Source: Bryobacteraceae bacterium
Lineage (GTDB): Bacteria > Acidobacteriota > Terriglobia > Bryobacterales > Bryobacteraceae
NCBI GenBank assembly: GCA_036269815.1
Contig: DATBDT010000042.1
Location: 1,731-65,730, forward strand
Reading direction: 5' to 3'
DNA length: 64,000 nt
Shown here: positions 60,437-64,000 of the stretch, piece by piece
Layout: every line of letters starts with the position of its first letter
Position numbering within the stretch: the stretch's first letter is position 1
Position numbers and translations under genes: made by a program
Notes under the pieces: generated by a model
Told to the model about the DNA's origin: nothing
Databases searched by the model: none
What the model saw: the letters and a program-made list of their open reading frames with translations, nothing else

Positions 60437-60654
60437 CTGCATGTTAAACGACTCTTCGCGCGGCTCGTCAAGGAATCTGGCGATGACGGCATCACACCGA
60501 TGGGTCAACCGTGTCCAACTCTTCGAAGGCGGTCCCTTGCGTCGCGCGCGCAGCAATTGAGTAAACTATTATCTACCTACTTGGATCGCGTTTTGAGGCT
60601 TGAGCTTCTGAGGGCCTGCGCAGATAGCCTGTCGTTCTTGTTGGAAATCGATTG

Positions 60655-61257
60655 ATGGACTCGTCAGCGCCTGCTACTGTCGCCTCCGCCGGCAATGATG
60701 TGACGGGTCTGCTTATCGCCTGGAGCAACGGCAATCAAGACGCGCTGGATACGCTCGTTCCGCTGATCTATTGCGAGTTGCGGCGCATTGCACGCCGCTA
60801 TATGCGGCGTGACTCCGGGGGGCAGACGCTTGAAACTACAGCGCTGGTCCACGAGGCGTACCTGCGTTTTGTCAACCAAAAGGAGATGACTTGGCGCAAC
60901 CGGGCGCACTTCTTCGCAGTCTCCGCTCAATCGATGCGTCATATCCTAGTTGACATGGCGCGCGGCCGCAGAGCTCAGCGCCGTGGCTCCGGTGCCCATA
61001 CCGTTTCACTCGACAGCGTTCTCGTCTTTTCTCCCGAACGTGCCACCGCCTTGGTCGCTCTCGATGATGCGCTTACCGCGCTGGCACAGCTAGATAAGCG
61101 CAAAAGCCAAATCGTCGAAATGCGCTTCTTCGGAGGCTTGACGCTCGAAGAGACAGCCGAAGTGCTGAATATTTCACCCGAAACCGTCACTCGTGAATGG
61201 AAGCGCGCGAAGGCTTGGTTGCAATCCGAATTGCCCGGCAAGCCTGCCGAGACTTGA
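60655..61257 (+). CDS. ECF sigma factor, TIGR02999-like (STK-associated type)
   Basis: DVTGLLIAWSNGNQDALDTLVPLIYCELRRIARRYMR...TLETTALVHEAYLRF plus the region 4 HTH LTLEETAEVLNISPETVTREW. Confidence 0.9.
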   Translation: MDSSAPATVASAGNDVTGLLIAWSNGNQDALDTLVPLIYCELRRIARRYMRRDSGGQTLETTALVHEAYLRFVNQKEMTWRNRAHFFAVSAQSMRHILVDMARGRRAQRRGSGAHTVSLDSVLVFSPERATALVALDDALTALAQLDKRKSQIVEMRFFGGLTLEETAEVLNISPETVTREWKRAKAWLQSELPGKPAET

Positions 61258-61286
61258 ATTCCAGATCCTGCTAAGATCTGCGCGGC

Positions 61287-64000
61287 ATGACTTCGGAGCG
61301 CTATCGAAAAATCAATGCTCTAGTCGACTACCTGCTGGAGACCCCCGCCGATAACCGCGCGGCTCTTCTCGATGAAGCATGTGCCGGGGACCCGAGTTTG
61401 CGTGGAGAAGTCGAAAGGGTATTCCAGGCGCACGAGTCTCAAGGCGATTTTCTCGAAGCCCCCCTGCTCGAACTGATCGCCGGAGACATCGCGGGCCAGG
61501 CGACCGCTCGCGAGTTCTCCGGCCAGGTGCTGGGTGACTATGAAATCGTTTCGCGGCTCGGTGCAGGGGGTATCGGTGAAGTATGGCTCGCGCGCGATAA
61601 GCGATTGGAACGGCACGTCGCCGTCAAGCTACTTTTGCCCAAGTTTGTTCGCGATCCGCATCAAGCGCTGCGTTTCAAGAACGAGGCACGCACCGCGTCG
61701 CAACTGAGTCATCCCAATATCGTCACGATATTTGAAATCGGAGAAAGCCAAGGTCTCGATTTCATCGCCCAAGAGTTTGTCGAAGGATGCACCATTCGCC
61801 AACGGCTGGCGAACGGGCCATTGCCCTTAACAGCCTTGCTCGATATCGGCACACAGGTAATCGCGGCGCTCGGTGCTGCGCATCAAGCCGGCATCATCCA
61901 CCGTGATATTAAGCCAGAAAACATTATGATCCGGCATGATGGATTGCTGAAGGTACTCGACTTCGGGCTGGCTAGAGTTGTCGAGGGCCCAGGGAAACAG
62001 AACAGCCTTTTGGTTGCCGGGCAGAGTTTGACAGTTCCGGGCATGGTTCTCGGAACCGTAAGGTACATGTCGCCCGAGCACGCCCGAGGGCTGCCGCTCG
62101 ATGCACGGTCGGACATCTTCAGCTTCGGGGCCGTGCTGTACGAAATGGCTACCGGCACTCCGCCATTCAGTGGCCCAACCACTGCGGACACATTGACGTC
62201 AATCTTGCTCAACGATCCTCCAGACATGGCGGGCCTCGCGCCGAATCTGCCCGCCGAGTTCGAACGTATTGTCCGCCGCTGCTTGATGAAGGACCGCGAA
62301 CAGCGCTATTCAGATGCCGAGAGTTTGCGCATGGAGCTCAAAACGCTTGCCGACCGAATCGCAGTTTCGGAGCGGCTCAGACCGGTACGCACGAAAAGAC
62401 GACGATCGCGCGTTAACGTCCCGGTATTGGTTGTTGCCGCGATTGTTGGGCTCGCCGTCACCACGGTTCCGTTCTTGCGCCGGCAACCGAGGGGAGAGCC
62501 TAGCGCGTTTCCGATCACCCCGACTAAGATCAGCCGTCTCCCACTGGGCGGCGTCGTGTTGGACGCTGCGATTGCACCAGACGGCAGACAACTCGCCTAC
62601 GTGCGAAAGGACGAAGCGGGCGAGAGTATATGGTTAACCGATCTCGCGACCTCCAATGAGGTGCGTCAAATCGCGTCGGAACCAGGCGGCCATTCAGGAC
62701 TGACCTTCTCGCCGGACGGTCGCTACCTGTACTATCTCCGGACGCTCGCGAGCGAGGAGAATTTGTACCGGCTCGACATGAACGGTACGAACCAGCCGGT
62801 CAAGGTGCTCGACCAAATCAGGGGTGACATCGCGCTGTCGCCTGATGGGCAGGAATTGGCGTTTGTCCGGTCGGATGGATCGCGTCTGGAAACGGTCCTG
62901 GCGGTCGCTCACGCGGATGGCCGAAATCCATATACGATCGCAACCTGCCGGCGTCCGCAATATTTTTCGCAATTTGGACTTGCGTGGTCGCGGGACAAAC
63001 GATGGATTGCGTGCTTCGCCGGAAGCAGCGCTGGCGTGAGCTCGGAAGCATTTCACGCCGAGCTAGTGCGAGTGGCAGATGGATGGAGGAAGCCGGTCGC
63101 CGCAAAGAACTGGAACTGGGTGGGATCCGCGGCTTGGCCCGCGGGAACCGATACATTGCTGGTGAATGGCAGTGACGCCGTGAGATACGACCTGTTTCAA
63201 ATTTGGAAAGTCTCTCTGAAAAACGGCGCTTATTTCAAAGCCACGAACGATCTGAGCAGCTATACCCGGCTTCGTCTCACAAAGGACGGCAAGATCTTGA
63301 GTGCGATGCAATCGGAGCGGTTTGCATCCCTGTGGGTGAAGTCGAATCAGAGGATCGGGACAGCATCACAGGTTCCCACAGGTAACATCTACGGCCTTGA
63401 AGACCTGGCCACCCTGCCGGGTGGTCGTATCGCCTACACAGCCGATGCGGGCGAGTACCGGAACATCTGGATCACGGATTCGAGTGGCGGGAAGACGACT
63501 GAAGTGACGTTCGGCGCCGAAGACAAATCTGAGGTAAGTGCAACTCGCGATGGCCGGTATCTGCTCTACCAATCAGCCGGGAAGATCTGGCGCGTTGATC
63601 CTGACGGCCGTAATGCACGGCAACTGACTGACGGCGCTCTTGATGTGCATCCTACCGCTTCAGCAGATGGCCGACAAGTTATCTACGTATCGTTTAGAGG
63701 ATGGTCTCCCGGCACCGGCGGGATGCCGAGCTTGTGGGCTGTTCCAATAGAAGGCGGCAAGGCAGTTCAGTTGGACAGCCGGCCCCTTTCCTACCCCCAA
63801 GTCTCGCCTGACGGCAAGTGGATCCTCTGCAGCTATTACCCGAAGGGCGATCCACGATTTTCGCCGCGGCAAGCAGCGGTAGTTTCTGCACATGGTGGCG
63901 GGTTCAGGCTGCTGAACGGCATGCCGGATGTCTCCGGCGACGTCACGTGGACTCCCGACGGGAAAGGCGTAAGCTTTGGCCGGACCTTGCGCGGCGTAAC
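61287..64000 (+). CDS. Ser/Thr protein kinase with N-terminal helical extension, TM helix and PD40/TolB-like repeats; runs off the right edge
   Basis: Absent from the ORF track because it has no stop in-window. ATG at 61287, 29 nt after the sigma stop. Kinase motifs are GAGGIGEVWLA, VAVK, HRDIKPEN, DFGLA and GTVRYMSPE. The TM is VLVVAAIVGLAVTTV, followed by repeated SPDG motifs. Confidence 0.9.
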   Translation, partial: MTSERYRKINALVDYLLETPADNRAALLDEACAGDPSLRGEVERVFQAHESQGDFLEAPLLELIAGDIAGQATAREFSGQVLGDYEIVSRLGAGGIGEVWLARDKRLERHVAVKLLLPKFVRDPHQALRFKNEARTASQLSHPNIVTIFEIGESQGLDFIAQEFVEGCTIRQRLANGPLPLTALLDIGTQVIAALGAAHQAGIIHRDIKPENIMIRHDGLLKVLDFGLARVVEGPGKQNSLLVAGQSLTVPGMVLGTVRYMSPEHARGLPLDARSDIFSFGAVLYEMATGTPPFSGPTTADTLTSILLNDPPDMAGLAPNLPAEFERIVRRCLMKDREQRYSDAESLRMELKTLADRIAVSERLRPVRTKRRRSRVNVPVLVVAAIVGLAVTTVPFLRRQPRGEPSAFPITPTKISRLPLGGVVLDAAIAPDGRQLAYVRKDEAGESIWLTDLATSNEVRQIASEPGGHSGLTFSPDGRYLYYLRTLASEENLYRLDMNGTNQPVKVLDQIRGDIALSPDGQELAFVRSDGSRLETVLAVAHADGRNPYTIATCRRPQYFSQFGLAWSRDKRWIACFAGSSAGVSSEAFHAELVRVADGWRKPVAAKNWNWVGSAAWPAGTDTLLVNGSDAVRYDLFQIWKVSLKNGAYFKATNDLSSYTRLRLTKDGKILSAMQSERFASLWVKSNQRIGTASQVPTGNIYGLEDLATLPGGRIAYTADAGEYRNIWITDSSGGKTTEVTFGAEDKSEVSATRDGRYLLYQSAGKIWRVDPDGRNARQLTDGALDVHPTASADGRQVIYVSFRGWSPGTGGMPSLWAVPIEGGKAVQLDSRPLSYPQVSPDGKWILCSYYPKGDPRFSPRQAAVVSAHGGGFRLLNGMPDVSGDVTWTPDGKGVSFGRTLRGV

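Noticed and set aside
1-64000. Scanned for CRISPR arrays, tRNA/rRNA genes and known defence-system genes.
   Set aside because: I noticed no regularly spaced direct repeats, no tRNA-like acceptor/T-arm sequences and no rRNA-like stretches by eye. RmuC here has the ordinary housekeeping architecture. This is a manual scan, so small RNAs could have been missed.

Overview
Moderately GC-rich chromosomal window. Gene content suggests Acidobacteriota, which is an inference from family content and not a computed assignment. The pointers are an ADOP-type duplicated FtsX permease, a TIGR02999-like ECF sigma followed by a Ser/Thr kinase with PD40/TolB repeats, a regulator-TolB fusion and a DUF1254/DUF1214 protein. 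About 45 CDSs look intact. Housekeeping and repair genes include rmuC, uvrA, mtnA and an edge-truncated aminotransferase. The central-metabolism genes are two PoxB-type pyruvate oxidases, a malic enzyme, a Zn-ADH and a 2-hydroxyacid dehydrogenase. A nine-gene pair of divergent acyl-CoA operons sits at 20.2-31.0 kb. The window also holds an arylsulfatase, a PAP2/haloperoxidase-like protein, a PLC-like protein and several small regulators. I recognised no rRNA, tRNA or CRISPR array by eye. Points worth a second look: (a) the acyl-CoA operons carry a GTP-cyclohydrolase-II/DHBP-synthase fusion with inverted domain order, an NDH-2-type flavoprotein and a YWTD propeller; (b) a secreted protein built from three tandem RidA-like domains; (c) a ~0.46/0.82-kb direct duplication, starting inside the mtnA 3' end, brackets a 3.7-kb arylsulfatase segment; (d) gene stubs and multiply frameshifted genes are dense, while neighbouring long genes are intact. 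The decayed genes include an IS110 transposase, a serine-recombinase stub, a catalase stub, a histidine kinase, a DASS transporter, a fumC stub, a truncated permease, a sulfatase stub, a truncated porin, AKR remnants and a group II intron stub. Also noted: (e) a 23-nt motif shared by two distant post-stop-codon sites, and a 15-bp x4 tandem repeat. No recognisable defence island or clearly new multi-gene system was found. The acyl-CoA/RibA-RibB cluster is the best candidate for undescribed biology.
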